Numbered from the stretch's first letter, positions 16,582 to 26,050 are shown. The stretch is DNA of 32,000 nt from Acaryochloris thomasi RCC1774 (GCF_003231495.1 NZ_PQWO01000024.1:24651-56650); one strand, 5' to 3'. Numbers and translations are program-made. Notes: generated by a model from the letters alone, not told the origin.

Positions 16582-17352
16582 TTACGTCCCTACGACGTGG
16601 CGGATCTGAGTGGCAACAAATTCAGGCTGCTCAAGAGGCATCAGGTGACCTACATTCTCAGTGGTGATCAGTTGAGCGTTTTCAATTAAATCAATCACGT
16701 CGCGTTGAATGGTCTGACAGGGAATCACTGGGTCATCCTTGGAGGCGATCACGGTGATGGGAACCTGGATCTGCGACATTTGATCGGCAATGCTGTGGTC
16801 CATTCCCTCTAACAGCCACCAGCGCCATACGCTGCTATCGACTGTGATGTGGGTTGCGATCGCAACCTCACGTTGCTCCTCACTCAAAGACTGCTTCGCT
16901 GCACTTTCAATTGTGGTTTCTGCATTCTCTCGACTAGGATGATTCCCTAAAAGACGTTTCTTCTCCTCCGACGGCATTGGCTCTTGGGTTGCAGGAGAAG
17001 GAGCGATCAGAATCACGCGCTGTAAACCAGTGGCTTGATTGGCCGACATCTGCAGCGCAACTTTGCCTCCCATTGAATGTCCGATCAGCGTGTAGGACTC
17101 AACCCCCAACTGCTGAAGTTGAGACTGAACAGCATCGGCATACTGCTGTAGTGAAAGCTGATGCAGAACGGGCGCACCGCCAAACCCCGGAAGGTTCAAT
17201 GCAACGCAGCGGTGGTCAGGCTGAAGTTTCTCCGCCACCCATTGCCAGCTAGACGCAGCCCCCCCAAAGTAATGAAGAAAGACCAATACTTCACCTTCGT
17301 CTCCCCACTGAATAAAAGCATCACCAACATTGTCCATACTTGCTTTGTTCAC
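16582..17352 (-). CDS. Alpha/beta hydrolase fold protein
   Basis: Nucleophile elbow GHSMGG, an HYFGG oxyanion-type region, and a C-terminal VGHLMPLE containing the catalytic-His context. The track start at 17352 is GTG; an ATG at 17337 (MDNVGDAF...) is an alternative. Confidence 0.8.
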   Translation of the reverse strand: MNKASMDNVGDAFIQWGDEGEVLVFLHYFGGAASSWQWVAEKLQPDHRCVALNLPGFGGAPVLHQLSLQQYADAVQSQLQQLGVESYTLIGHSMGGKVALQMSANQATGLQRVILIAPSPATQEPMPSEEKKRLLGNHPSRENAETTIESAAKQSLSEEQREVAIATHITVDSSVWRWWLLEGMDHSIADQMSQIQVPITVIASKDDPVIPCQTIQRDVIDLIENAQLITTENVGHLMPLEQPEFVATQIRHVVGT

Positions 17353-17642
17353 TGATATAAAACCTGTTACTCAGTCCGTGGCACCTTCTTGATTTTTCAA
17401 GTTCAGCCGTCTGATAGCCTCTGACCATAGATAGAGATCTGTCTACAGATAGCAGTGACCTAGCCCCTGTGAGATAAACCAGAAAACAAGTCTCATTCTG
17501 TCATCTGACCTGAGATAGAGGCTCTTTGAATCGACCCAGAGCAAATTTCCGTCTGAGGGCGGACGCTAAGCAAGGCATCCTCGGGCGATATGAGAAGTAT
17601 CTAAATGACGTTAAATCACCCATTGCAGCCTAGGAGCATTTC

Positions 17643-18440
17643 ATGGATTTAGGGATTAAGGGCAAGATTGCCGTGATTACGGGAGGCGACTCTGGTATGG
17701 GTCGCGAGACTGCCAAAATATTGGCCCAAGAGGGTGCCAAAATTGCGCTACTTGATAAAACAACCGATAACCTGCAGGAGACCACCAGAGAAATAGACAC
17801 GATGGGCGAAGTGATATCCGTCCAGGCCGATCTTCGAAATCTAGAAGATGTCAAAGCTGCCAAGCAGAAGATACTCGATCACTATGGTGCTGTCCATATT
17901 CTAGTCAACTGTGCAGGCATCACAGGCGCAACGGATCCATTCCTAGAACTGAGCGATGATGACTGGTATGAAACCATCGAAACAGATTTCATGGCTGCTG
18001 TTCGCGTTTGCCGTGCCTTTATTCCCTGCATGCAGGAAGCCGGTTGGGGCCGAATTGTCTTGATTGCCTCTGAAGATGCTCTGCAGCCCTACACCGACGA
18101 GATGCCCTACTGTGCAGCTAAAGCAGCGGTTTGGAATCTCGCGAAGAATTTGTCCAAGGCCTATGCGAAAGATGGGGTACTGGTGAACTCAGTCTCTCCG
18201 GCCTATGTTGCGACACCCATGACAGACGAAATGATGCAGAAGCGCGCAAAAGAGAAGGGTATGAGCTTTGATGAAGCCATTGATACATTCTTGAAAGAGA
18301 AACGTCCTCATTTAGAGCTACAGAGACGCGGCAAACCCGAGGAAGTTGCAGCGGTTATCTCTTTCCTTTGCTCTGAACTCTCGAGCTTTGTCGTGGGTGC
18401 TAATTATCGCGTTGATGGAGGATCGGTCGCAGGTTTGTAG
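17643..18440 (+). CDS. Short-chain dehydrogenase/reductase (SDR) family oxidoreductase
   Basis: ATG preceded by AGGAG. Cofactor motif TGGDSGMG, NCAG, and the catalytic YCAAK (YxxxK). Confidence 0.9.
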   Translation: MDLGIKGKIAVITGGDSGMGRETAKILAQEGAKIALLDKTTDNLQETTREIDTMGEVISVQADLRNLEDVKAAKQKILDHYGAVHILVNCAGITGATDPFLELSDDDWYETIETDFMAAVRVCRAFIPCMQEAGWGRIVLIASEDALQPYTDEMPYCAAKAAVWNLAKNLSKAYAKDGVLVNSVSPAYVATPMTDEMMQKRAKEKGMSFDEAIDTFLKEKRPHLELQRRGKPEEVAAVISFLCSELSSFVVGANYRVDGGSVAGL

Positions 18441-18497
18441 GCGGGGAGCGCCTGTCTCTATGTTGTCGGTGTAGAAAAGCCTGAAGCTGAGCTAGAG

Positions 18498-18542
18498 GAT
18501 GTCGTTGGATTTCTCCGGTCACCGAAGCGATTCAACGACATC
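18498..18542. terminator. 10-bp perfect inverted repeat in a convergent spacer (bidirectional terminator candidate)
   Basis: GATGTCGTTG (18498-18507) pairs with CAACGACATC (18533-18542) across a 25-nt loop. It lies between the SDR stop (18440) and the hydrolase stop (18564). Confidence 0.5.
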
Positions 18543-18563
18543 GGAGCCAGGGTTCCGACTCGT

Positions 18564-19373
18564 TCAAGACGAGAGTTCTTCACCCAGCTCTTGCCAACGA
18601 CAGGTCAAGAAACCTTGCTGGCTAAGAATTTCATAGAGATTCACTTCTTTCTCTAGCAGACAGGCGTGACCGCTATTTTCCAGTACGGTTACCTGCGCTT
18701 TCGGCAAGCAGCCGACAAGGCGTTGGCCTTCAGTCATTGAAGGCAACAATCGATCTTTGGCTCCAGTAATAATCAGCGTTGGTATCATCAGTGTCGAGAG
18801 TGGTAACTGCAGCAAATCAAACTGACGCAGCAAGTTCAAACGCCAAGTGGCACTATGAGACTCGACAGACTGCATGGCATTCAGCAGATCGATGCGGTCA
18901 CTTGACTCAACCCGATCCCAAGCGATTAGAAATGGTATCAGCCCGGAAGCTGACAGTGTATAGAGCGGTGAGGGTAAGAACTTTGCAGCACTGCTGGCTA
19001 GGCGCATCCAAGGCAGCCGCGAGAAGGCTGTCGCTGAATTGATTAAAACCAGGCGGTCGAAAAGTTCTGGGGCTGCTGCCGCAACTCTGAGTGCGAGACA
19101 TCCTCCGAATGATTCGCCGCATAAGTAGATCGGCCGCTGCCGCTGCTCTTTCTGGATCAAGGTCACGACGCTGGCTGTCAAATGCTCCCAATCAGATAGG
19201 TCAGTTGCTGGAATCGATAGGCACCGGATATCAAAGTGTTGACTCAACCCGTCGAGCTGCCGCTTTAGCAGTTGTCCTGTACCGTCCATCCCTGGCAAAA
19301 AAATGAAGAGTGGATCGTCGGGCCTGAGCGGTTTTGGCGTTAAGAACCGGAGGGACGATAGCAGCTCTGACAT
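18564..19373 (-). CDS. Alpha/beta hydrolase resembling the hydrolase domain of plant PES/ELT enzymes
   Basis: FIFLPGMDGTGQLL...FDIRCLSIP...RPIYLCGESFGGCLALRVAA...LVLINSATAF. GESFGG is the nucleophile elbow. The ATG at 19373 overlaps the TGA of the upstream acyltransferase as TGATG. Confidence 0.8.
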   Translation of the reverse strand: MSELLSSLRFLTPKPLRPDDPLFIFLPGMDGTGQLLKRQLDGLSQHFDIRCLSIPATDLSDWEHLTASVVTLIQKEQRQRPIYLCGESFGGCLALRVAAAAPELFDRLVLINSATAFSRLPWMRLASSAAKFLPSPLYTLSASGLIPFLIAWDRVESSDRIDLLNAMQSVESHSATWRLNLLRQFDLLQLPLSTLMIPTLIITGAKDRLLPSMTEGQRLVGCLPKAQVTVLENSGHACLLEKEVNLYEILSQQGFLTCRWQELGEELSS

Positions 19374-20119
19374 CAGCTCAAACCCTGCTTCAATAAATCA
19401 GAAATCTCAGCATGACATCGTTGAGTCAGCTCTGTTGCCATTCCCTTAGCACCCTTACCCTGATATTGCCGCTTTTGTTGAGGCGTGACCCGGATAGCAT
19501 GGCCCACCATTAGGTTGACGGTCTGATAAAACACTGCAGGATGACGACCGGCTGCTTTGAACAAAGGCTCTGCGGGATCAAACCAGCTCAAGACCTGTAG
19601 CGGAAACGTCTGTACGCTGGTTTCGTTGTGGGATGCGATCGCAACCGGCAAAATTGTTAAGTTGGGCACTTGCGATCGCAACGCGAGGTGAGCAAATCCT
19701 CGATGAAACGTACTGAGCTGCCCAGGTTGGGTTGAGTTGACCATGGGTTCTCCACCCTCAGGGAAAATACCAACCCAGCGCTGGCTCTGCAGCAAAGCAT
19801 CCGCCTGCTTGAGCAAGCTTCGCCCTCCACTATCTGCAGCGTCGAGTGGGAACCCGCCTAATCCTTGAATGACATCTCGCATCAGAGGCACCTGGCCCAT
19901 ATAAGGATGACAGGCGAAGTTTATGGCCCGTCCTAAACCACTCATCAAAACAGGTGCATCCAGAAAGCTGCGGTGGTTACTGATCACCAAAAGCGTTTCC
20001 CCCATAGGGACTCGATCTAGAAAATGACCTGAGACGCAAGCCCCCAAAGCCTTTAACAATCCTTGAGAAACCGTTAAAGACCAATCCCGAGGAGTAAGGA
20101 AATGATCGTGGGAGAACAT
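19373..20119 (-). CDS. PlsC/LPLAT-family acyltransferase
   Basis: HX4D motif NHRSFLD and FPEGG motif. ATG at 20119. Confidence 0.85.
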   Translation of the reverse strand: MFSHDHFLTPRDWSLTVSQGLLKALGACVSGHFLDRVPMGETLLVISNHRSFLDAPVLMSGLGRAINFACHPYMGQVPLMRDVIQGLGGFPLDAADSGGRSLLKQADALLQSQRWVGIFPEGGEPMVNSTQPGQLSTFHRGFAHLALRSQVPNLTILPVAIASHNETSVQTFPLQVLSWFDPAEPLFKAAGRHPAVFYQTVNLMVGHAIRVTPQQKRQYQGKGAKGMATELTQRCHAEISDLLKQGLS

Positions 20120-20605
20120 AGGTGAAAGCGAGGGAAACTATTGCGATACGTACAGGCGGAAATGACAACCGGCGACCTTCGCTCTGGCTCTCATTCGCTG
20201 CTCATTCTAGTGACCTATAGACTTATTACACCTCGCTCTTGAGATAGATAAGTAAGGCAGAGTCTTTAGTATATTCACAGCCTCTGGGGTAGCAGGATCG
20301 CACTGAAGGGATAGATTGCCTCCCTCTTGATTCGATCTACATCTGCAGACAAGCAAAGACTCTATCCAAAGCCTGATCTATCAGGTCTGATGGAAAAGCT
20401 ATCGTAGCGTCAAAGGATAACGTTGAAGCTCTTGCTGAAAAGAGCTTTCGTTCCTGAAAAGATTCAGACATTGAGAAGCTTTTCTGCCAGTTCGTAGCAC
20501 GTTTGATACTCTGCTATCGCAAATTCTATGAGCAGGGATAAAAACGATCTCTAGCCTCAGCTTCATTCTTATCCTTAGTAAAACTCACTCAACAGAGGTC
20601 AAACC

Positions 20606-20821
20606 ATGCCAGACGAAAATTATGTAAAAGAGCAAGCACCCGATCTAAATGAAGGGGGCGAGCAAACGCCTATTGCCCCTGGCTCTCGCAAGGCAATCGA
20701 CAAGATGCAGGCAGACGGTCGCGATACCGCTATGCCGGAGTCTCAGCCAGGGTCTGGGAACATTGCGATCAACAGCTCTGCGACTCAAAGTAACGTGCAG
20801 CACACAGAAGAAAAAGAGTGA
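20606..20821 (+). CDS. Hypothetical small hydrophilic protein (71 aa)
   Basis: ATG preceded by AGAGG. The sequence looks disordered and acidic. A strong intrinsic terminator follows directly (20841-20879), which argues that the region is transcribed as a unit. Confidence 0.5.
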   Translation: MPDENYVKEQAPDLNEGGEQTPIAPGSRKAIDKMQADGRDTAMPESQPGSGNIAINSSATQSNVQHTEEKE

Positions 20822-20840
20822 TTGCCTCTGAGAGGTAGGG

Positions 20841-20879
20841 GAGCAGCAGTCACTGTGAATTGGACTGCTGCTCTTTTCT
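20841..20879 (+). terminator. Rho-independent terminator
   Basis: GAGCAGCAGTC (20841-20851) pairs perfectly with GACTGCTGCTC (20863-20873) across an 11-nt loop. TTTTCT follows immediately. Confidence 0.8.
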
Positions 20880-20914
20880 ACACATTGATGCAGCTAGGAA
20901 TATGGAGATAGATT

Positions 20915-21454
20915 ATGAGTATAGATTTAGAAGAGTCCGTTATTGTTGACCCCTATGCCGAGATGCCTCAGAGCGAGGCCGATATTATCGACCCGCGCGT
21001 TCATGAGAAACCAGAGGGTGACGTAGATATTATCGATCCGCGTGTTCAGGCCCCTCAAGGCAAGGTAGAAATTATTGTTCCTGAAACAGGCACGTCGGTT
21101 CGTGAGCCAGTGGATCCTAATCTGCAGGAACTAGGCACAAAGCTCAGTCAAGCTATTGAGAATCTGCCGAGACAGATTGCGGCATTCTACCGTGCCTATC
21201 AAAGACCGATCAATCTATTAGGCGTTTCGTTTTTGGGGCTGCTGACGGTTGCGATCGCATCCGGTGTCCTTCGAGTCCTTGACGCGCTCCCTTTGGTCGC
21301 CCCCAGCCTAGAATTAGTCGGCCTTGGCTACATCGGATGGTTTACATGGCGCTACCTGCTCTATGCCGAGAATCGCCAAGAACTTACAGCCAAATACCGC
21401 AGCACTAAGCAGAAAGTGTTAGGCCAAAATAGTGAAAGATCTAAACAGCCCTAG
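20915..21454 (+). CDS. CAAD-domain (CurT/CURT1-like) membrane protein
   Basis: ATG preceded by GGAGA. The C-terminal half has two hydrophobic helices followed by LELVGLGYIGWFTWRYLLYAENRQEL. I recognise this as the CAAD / thylakoid-curvature (CurT) signature. Confidence 0.75.
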   Translation: MSIDLEESVIVDPYAEMPQSEADIIDPRVHEKPEGDVDIIDPRVQAPQGKVEIIVPETGTSVREPVDPNLQELGTKLSQAIENLPRQIAAFYRAYQRPINLLGVSFLGLLTVAIASGVLRVLDALPLVAPSLELVGLGYIGWFTWRYLLYAENRQELTAKYRSTKQKVLGQNSERSKQP

Positions 21455-21468
21455 CCTGTATCCGCTAA

Positions 21469-22524
21469 ATGAAAGCAACGTCTACCTTCTGGACGCATTT
21501 GCAAACGGCTCAGCTCATTCGCTATCTGCTGCTGCTTGCATTGGGCTGGGCGATTGCTCAGTTCCTAGCCTACTTTGAGGCCGTTCTGGTTATCTTTGTC
21601 TGTGCTGCTATCTTTGCCTTTCTGCTCAACTACCCTGTGCAGTGGGTTGCTCGCTTTTTGCCCCGAGGATTGGCCGTAACGGCGGTTTTCCTCTTGAGTT
21701 TATTGCTAGCTGGAGGACTTGTCACAACTCTCGGGTTGGCGATTGTTTCTCAGTTCCAGCAGCTCTTAACCCAGTCTCCACAGCTTGTAGAGTCAGTGAT
21801 TGACCTATCAGAACGTCTTCAGATGTTCCTGTCGCGCTGGAATCTACAGGTGGATTTTACGGCTCTAGAAGAGCAGTTTCGCGGACGAGCTTTAGAAATC
21901 GTAGAAACAAACTTCACGGTGTTTCAAGATGTTTTCTTTAGCGTCGTTGACACAGTTCTGATTGCCGTCATTACCTATTTTATGCTGCTGGACGGACGGC
22001 GAATCTGGTGGCTGATTCTGAAGGCATTTCCGAAACCTGTTCGCCCGAAGGTTACCGCAGCCATTCAAAGTAATTTTATTGGATTCTTCTGGGGACGGCT
22101 GCTGCTTTCTGTCTTCTTCGGAATCTCAGCATTCGTGATCTTCCTGATTTTAGGGGTGCCCTATGCGATTGCACTCGCCGCCATTGCCGCCGTCTTCGAT
22201 CTGATCCCCGGTATCGGAGCCACGGTGGGGGTAGCTCTGGTGTCAGTTATCGTCCTCCCCCAAGGGCTGTGGCTAAGTCTCAAAGTTCTGATTATCTGCA
22301 TTGTGCTACAGCAAGTCGAGGAGAATTTACTTATGCCCCGCATCATGCAGGGTTCAATCGATATGAATCCGGTTGTTATGTTTCTTGCACTCCTGATAGG
22401 AACTAGAGTTGCGGGTCTCATGGGCCTATTTTTATCAATCCCCATTGCGGGTGTACTGATTAGCCTCTTCGAACTGGAAGAACTACAGGGGCATCAAGCG
22501 AAAACTCAAACTGCAGATAGATGA
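21469..22524 (+). CDS. AI-2E family transporter (PerM/UPF0118)
   Basis: 351-aa polytopic ORF. C-terminal DLIPGIGATVG...QQVEENLLMPRIMQGS...FLSIPIAG is typical of the family. Confidence 0.85.
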   Translation: MKATSTFWTHLQTAQLIRYLLLLALGWAIAQFLAYFEAVLVIFVCAAIFAFLLNYPVQWVARFLPRGLAVTAVFLLSLLLAGGLVTTLGLAIVSQFQQLLTQSPQLVESVIDLSERLQMFLSRWNLQVDFTALEEQFRGRALEIVETNFTVFQDVFFSVVDTVLIAVITYFMLLDGRRIWWLILKAFPKPVRPKVTAAIQSNFIGFFWGRLLLSVFFGISAFVIFLILGVPYAIALAAIAAVFDLIPGIGATVGVALVSVIVLPQGLWLSLKVLIICIVLQQVEENLLMPRIMQGSIDMNPVVMFLALLIGTRVAGLMGLFLSIPIAGVLISLFELEELQGHQAKTQTADR

Positions 22525-22620
22525 CAGTCGATGAGCTGTCCTGCTTTCGTATGGGTATGCAAGTGAGCAAACAGCATTCTTTGAATTCTTATTCACTCTA
22601 TCGGCAGATAAACGCAGCCT

Positions 22621-23037
22621 ATGTATTTAATCATTGTCGGAGGGGGACCAGAAGGGGCCAGCTTGGTCGATCTGGCCTTAAAAGAAGGCCACCAAGTCGT
22701 TCTGATCGAGTCTGATGAGAAACGGGCAAGGGCCGTTCTGCAACAACACGATGTAACGGTTCTCAATGCAGATATCGCAGATGATCAAATTTTGGACGAA
22801 GCCGGGGCCGCGCAAGCAGATGCTCTAATCGCAACGACCAATGATGACTCTGCCAACTTAATGGCAATGGTTCTGGGCAAAGAGCACAACATAGAAACGC
22901 TCGTTACCACCGTCAGTCAGCCGCATCATCAGTCGATGTTCGAGCGCCTAGGAGCCCAAGTCCTCGCAAAACCGGAGCGACTGATTGCCCAACATCTCTA
23001 CCATTTGACCCAAAGGCAAGATGAGTCTGATCGTTAA
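22621..23037 (+). CDS. TrkA-N (RCK N-terminal, NAD-binding) domain protein; K+ transport regulatory subunit
   Basis: MYLIIVGGGPEGASLV Rossmann GxGxxG motif. At 138 aa it carries only the N-domain. Its stop overlaps the downstream TrkH ATG as TAATG. Confidence 0.85.
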   Translation: MYLIIVGGGPEGASLVDLALKEGHQVVLIESDEKRARAVLQQHDVTVLNADIADDQILDEAGAAQADALIATTNDDSANLMAMVLGKEHNIETLVTTVSQPHHQSMFERLGAQVLAKPERLIAQHLYHLTQRQDESDR

Positions 23038-24575
23038 TGACTGTCTCCCGACGAAAGATCTTCAATCCCTATCTCCAAATCATTGGTCGCGGTGTCGGAA
23101 CATTGCTCCACATACCTGGCATCATGGCGCTGGTCACAATTCCCGTTTGTTTGCTAGCAGGTGAAACCTACGCGGCTTGGCCCTTTGCACTGACGGCTGG
23201 AGTTGCGATCGCATCGGGACAACTGCTCCGCTATCCCTGCCGTAACTCAGCACCGTCTCGCCTTCGCCATGCCGTTTTGACAGTGGCCCTCAGCTGGCTG
23301 CTGATTCCATTAGTGGGAGCACTGCCCATCTATCTCATTGCCGCACACCTTGCCGACTCTGCAACCACCCCGCTCACGGTGACTGAGTTTCACAACTTTT
23401 GGAATCCAGTTTTTGAGGCATTTTCAGGCTTCACAAGCGCAGGCCTAACAGTGACGCTCCATGCCAGCGAGCTGCCCTATTCTCTGCAATGGTGGCGCAG
23501 CCTTATGCAGTGGGTTGGCGGTGTTGGTGTCATTGTGCTTATGCTTACCGTTTTAGAACCCAGCACCGACGCCTATCAGCTTTATAGCGCGGAGGGACGG
23601 CAGCAGCGAATCGGCCTCACTCTAAATGCAACGGTCCGGCATATTTGGTGGATCTATCTGGTTTACACCGGCGGCGGCATTCTTTGGCTTCATCTTGTAG
23701 GTATGTCTTGGTGGGAAGCCCTCAATCACAGCATGACCGGCATATCAACGGGCGGATTCTCTGTAGCGGACAACAGTATCGGCAGCTATGACCTAGGCAT
23801 CCAGCTTGCGATGATTCCCATCATGATTCTAGGCAGCATGAGTTTCGCCATCCACTATCAGGTTCTACGGAAGCGAAACTGGCGAGTTCTGTGGACAGAC
23901 ACGCAGCATAGGGCACTTTGGATCGTGCTTGTTCTCGGATTTCTGGCCCTACTTTTAGAACTATCTGGATTTAGACCCTGGAGCGACGCCCTATTCCTCT
24001 GGGCCTCAGCTTTAGGAACCTGTGGGTTTACAACGGCAGACCTCCAGGACTGGAATGCGACATCAAAACTTCTACTTGCCATTGGCATGGTTTTCGGTGG
24101 CGCGGCAGGTTCCACAGCCGGCGGACTGAAGATGAGTCGAGTGTCGTCCTTGTTTAAGGCTATCCTTTGGCGGTTTCAAAGACTATCCCTCAAGCCTCAT
24201 CAAGTGATGCGCTACATTCTAGAGGGCAAGGCGATTCCAGAAGCAGAGGCCAATCGTCGAATTGAGTCAGCCGCTGTCTTAGCTGTGCTGTGGGTGAGCC
24301 TGATATTGCTGGGTATTTTCGTACTTCGCCACGTTAGTTTGCCTGACTATACTCTGAGCGATGTTGTGTTCGAGACTGCTTCCGCCCTAGGCAGTGCTGG
24401 ACTCACAACCGGCATTACGCACCCTGATTTGCCCTGGCTTGGGAAGTTGGTGCTCATTCTGTTCATGTGGATGGGGCGGCTAGAGATTATTCCAGTTCTC
24501 CTGCTGCTGTCTTGGCCTTTGGGTGTTATAAGGCAGAGGATGCGGCGATATCTTCGCAGTCTATCGTCTCGATAG
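23037..24575 (+). CDS. TrkH/KtrB-family cation (K+) transporter membrane subunit
   Basis: 512-aa polytopic ORF with repeated membrane-pore-membrane-like segments (FSGFTSAGLT, MTGISTGGFS, ALGTCGFTT, ALGSAGLTTG). Translationally coupled to the TrkA-N gene. Confidence 0.85.
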   Translation: MTVSRRKIFNPYLQIIGRGVGTLLHIPGIMALVTIPVCLLAGETYAAWPFALTAGVAIASGQLLRYPCRNSAPSRLRHAVLTVALSWLLIPLVGALPIYLIAAHLADSATTPLTVTEFHNFWNPVFEAFSGFTSAGLTVTLHASELPYSLQWWRSLMQWVGGVGVIVLMLTVLEPSTDAYQLYSAEGRQQRIGLTLNATVRHIWWIYLVYTGGGILWLHLVGMSWWEALNHSMTGISTGGFSVADNSIGSYDLGIQLAMIPIMILGSMSFAIHYQVLRKRNWRVLWTDTQHRALWIVLVLGFLALLLELSGFRPWSDALFLWASALGTCGFTTADLQDWNATSKLLLAIGMVFGGAAGSTAGGLKMSRVSSLFKAILWRFQRLSLKPHQVMRYILEGKAIPEAEANRRIESAAVLAVLWVSLILLGIFVLRHVSLPDYTLSDVVFETASALGSAGLTTGITHPDLPWLGKLVLILFMWMGRLEIIPVLLLLSWPLGVIRQRMRRYLRSLSSR

Positions 24576-25151
24576 CTACGGCTCTAGCTGAATCCGAATT
24601 GTCTGTATCCCGGGTGCGACATCGACGTCTACAACCGGTGGAGATTGTCTGTTGAGAATGATGCTGATGTCACCGCTACACTCTAAACGAGCTTGCTTCA
24701 CTTGCGACAGCTCTGTTGTTTGGTGTTTGAGATATAAAACAGACTCTAAATCACGGCGAGTAATGTGACTTTTCCGCATCGTCTGCAGCCGTAGCTGCCC
24801 CTCCGTGATTAGCGGGTGAGGCTGTCCTTTCAGAAGGGTCTCAAAAGCGCCGAAGTAGAAAGAGAGAAGGCCAAACAGCCAGTGTAGCCCTACAAGGACA
24901 GAGGCTGCAGCCAAGGTAGGAAAAAAGGATGCGCTGCCGTTGATGGCTCGACTGAGAGTCGCCCCCATAATCACACCAAGCAGAACATCGAAGGCCGCAT
25001 ATTTGCCGATGAACCGGCGGTCTCCAACCAGTCTGATGGTGACTAAACCGAAAATATAAACAACAACAGCGCGAGTTCCCATCTGCCAAACTGTTATTTC
25101 TGGTGCCTCTAATCCAAGTACTGGGTTGATCAGATCGAGAAGAGCTTCCAT
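24576..25151 (-). CDS. DUF421 (YetF-like) membrane protein
   Basis: ATG preceded by AGAGG. TRAVVVYIFGLVTIRLVGDRRFIGKYAAFDVLLGVIMG and the C-terminal ...LITEGQL...ARLECSGDISII match my memory of the DUF421 pattern. Confidence 0.75.
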   Translation of the reverse strand: MEALLDLINPVLGLEAPEITVWQMGTRAVVVYIFGLVTIRLVGDRRFIGKYAAFDVLLGVIMGATLSRAINGSASFFPTLAAASVLVGLHWLFGLLSFYFGAFETLLKGQPHPLITEGQLRLQTMRKSHITRRDLESVLYLKHQTTELSQVKQARLECSGDISIILNRQSPPVVDVDVAPGIQTIRIQLEP

Positions 25152-25386
25152 TGCAACCTCTAAGTACGGTCTATCCTCTGAGCGCTACGCGAGTCGTCTT
25201 GCCATGCCCCGTACTCACAACTCAATTCAAATTAGCTTCAATCTGGCTGAGAATCATGTCCATTGCTTGACTAATTCTGATTTGACGGTTCTCAGACTTT
25301 GTGGATGCCCTTGGGTTGTTGACCAAATGGGCTAAGCGAGCGAATATTTAATCTGTTTGATTCCAGTATCCTTCAACGCTGAAAAA

Positions 25387-26034
25387 CTATTGAGAATTAG
25401 TGCGGTCACTGGACAGCTCAGACAGTGGGTCCAATAGCAGTTCACGCTCTAGATTTTCCTGTAGAGCATCGATAACTTGGAGGGGATCGGCTGCCTCTTG
25501 CATAATTTGAGCTTCGGGGTCATGGCGCTCAACAACGTTCGGTAGATCTGTGCGTAGCTCTTCTAGTAGCGCAATAATTTTGGCGATTTTCTGCTCTGAT
25601 AGCAGGTTGAGCTGTAGCGTGAGTTGCGATCTTTGTTCCGCAAAGCTTTCCTGACGGGACTGGCGGACCAAAACCCCTGTCGAGATCAGAAGTGCCGCAG
25701 CATCCAATCCCTGCCCTGACCAGCTAAACATGGGCCAATCAAAGGGAAAAATCCCGGTTTTAGCGAGAAAGCCGCCTAGGATCCAAATTGCTAGGCCGAT
25801 CAGCAAGAAGTAGAGAAACTGAGGTTGGTCAAAGAGGTGGGCAATACTTTCTAGCAGCCGCTGATGGAAGGGAAGATCCTGGACTTCACGACTCTGGAGG
25901 GCGGCAATTGCCTCGACGTTTTTAGAGATCGGGTCCGGTAAGGGAACTGTGAAGATTCGGTTGCCAGACGCTTCGGGAATGATCGGAGGCTCATCAAAGG
26001 ATTGATTGTCTGATTGAGCTATGTTCTTTGTCAT
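25387..26034 (-). CDS. DUF1003-like membrane protein (tentative family assignment)
   Basis: Two TM helices flank FDWPMF, followed by VRQSRQESFAEQRSQLTLQLNLLSEQKI, which resembles DUF1003. I prefer the ATG at 26034, with AGGAG 7 nt upstream. The track start at 26112 would overlap the antiporter gene. Confidence 0.6.
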   Translation of the reverse strand: MTKNIAQSDNQSFDEPPIIPEASGNRIFTVPLPDPISKNVEAIAALQSREVQDLPFHQRLLESIAHLFDQPQFLYFLLIGLAIWILGGFLAKTGIFPFDWPMFSWSGQGLDAAALLISTGVLVRQSRQESFAEQRSQLTLQLNLLSEQKIAKIIALLEELRTDLPNVVERHDPEAQIMQEAADPLQVIDALQENLERELLLDPLSELSSDRTNSQ

Positions 26035-26050
26035 GACAGCGCTCCTAACG

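Noticed and set aside
16977-20168. ORFs 16977..17252, 17161..17355, 17630..17863, 18779..19042, 18907..19191, 19091..19306 and 19977..20168
   Set aside because: They are antisense to, or out of frame with, the hydrolase, SDR and acyltransferase genes that carry clear catalytic motifs.
22525-22620. Possible c-di-AMP (ydaO-type) riboswitch upstream of the trkA/trkH genes
   Set aside because: K+ transporter genes are classic targets, so I looked. The spacer is only 96 nt and lacks the conserved ydaO sequence blocks I remember. It has only a weak GACAG/CUGUC hairpin at 22523-22540.
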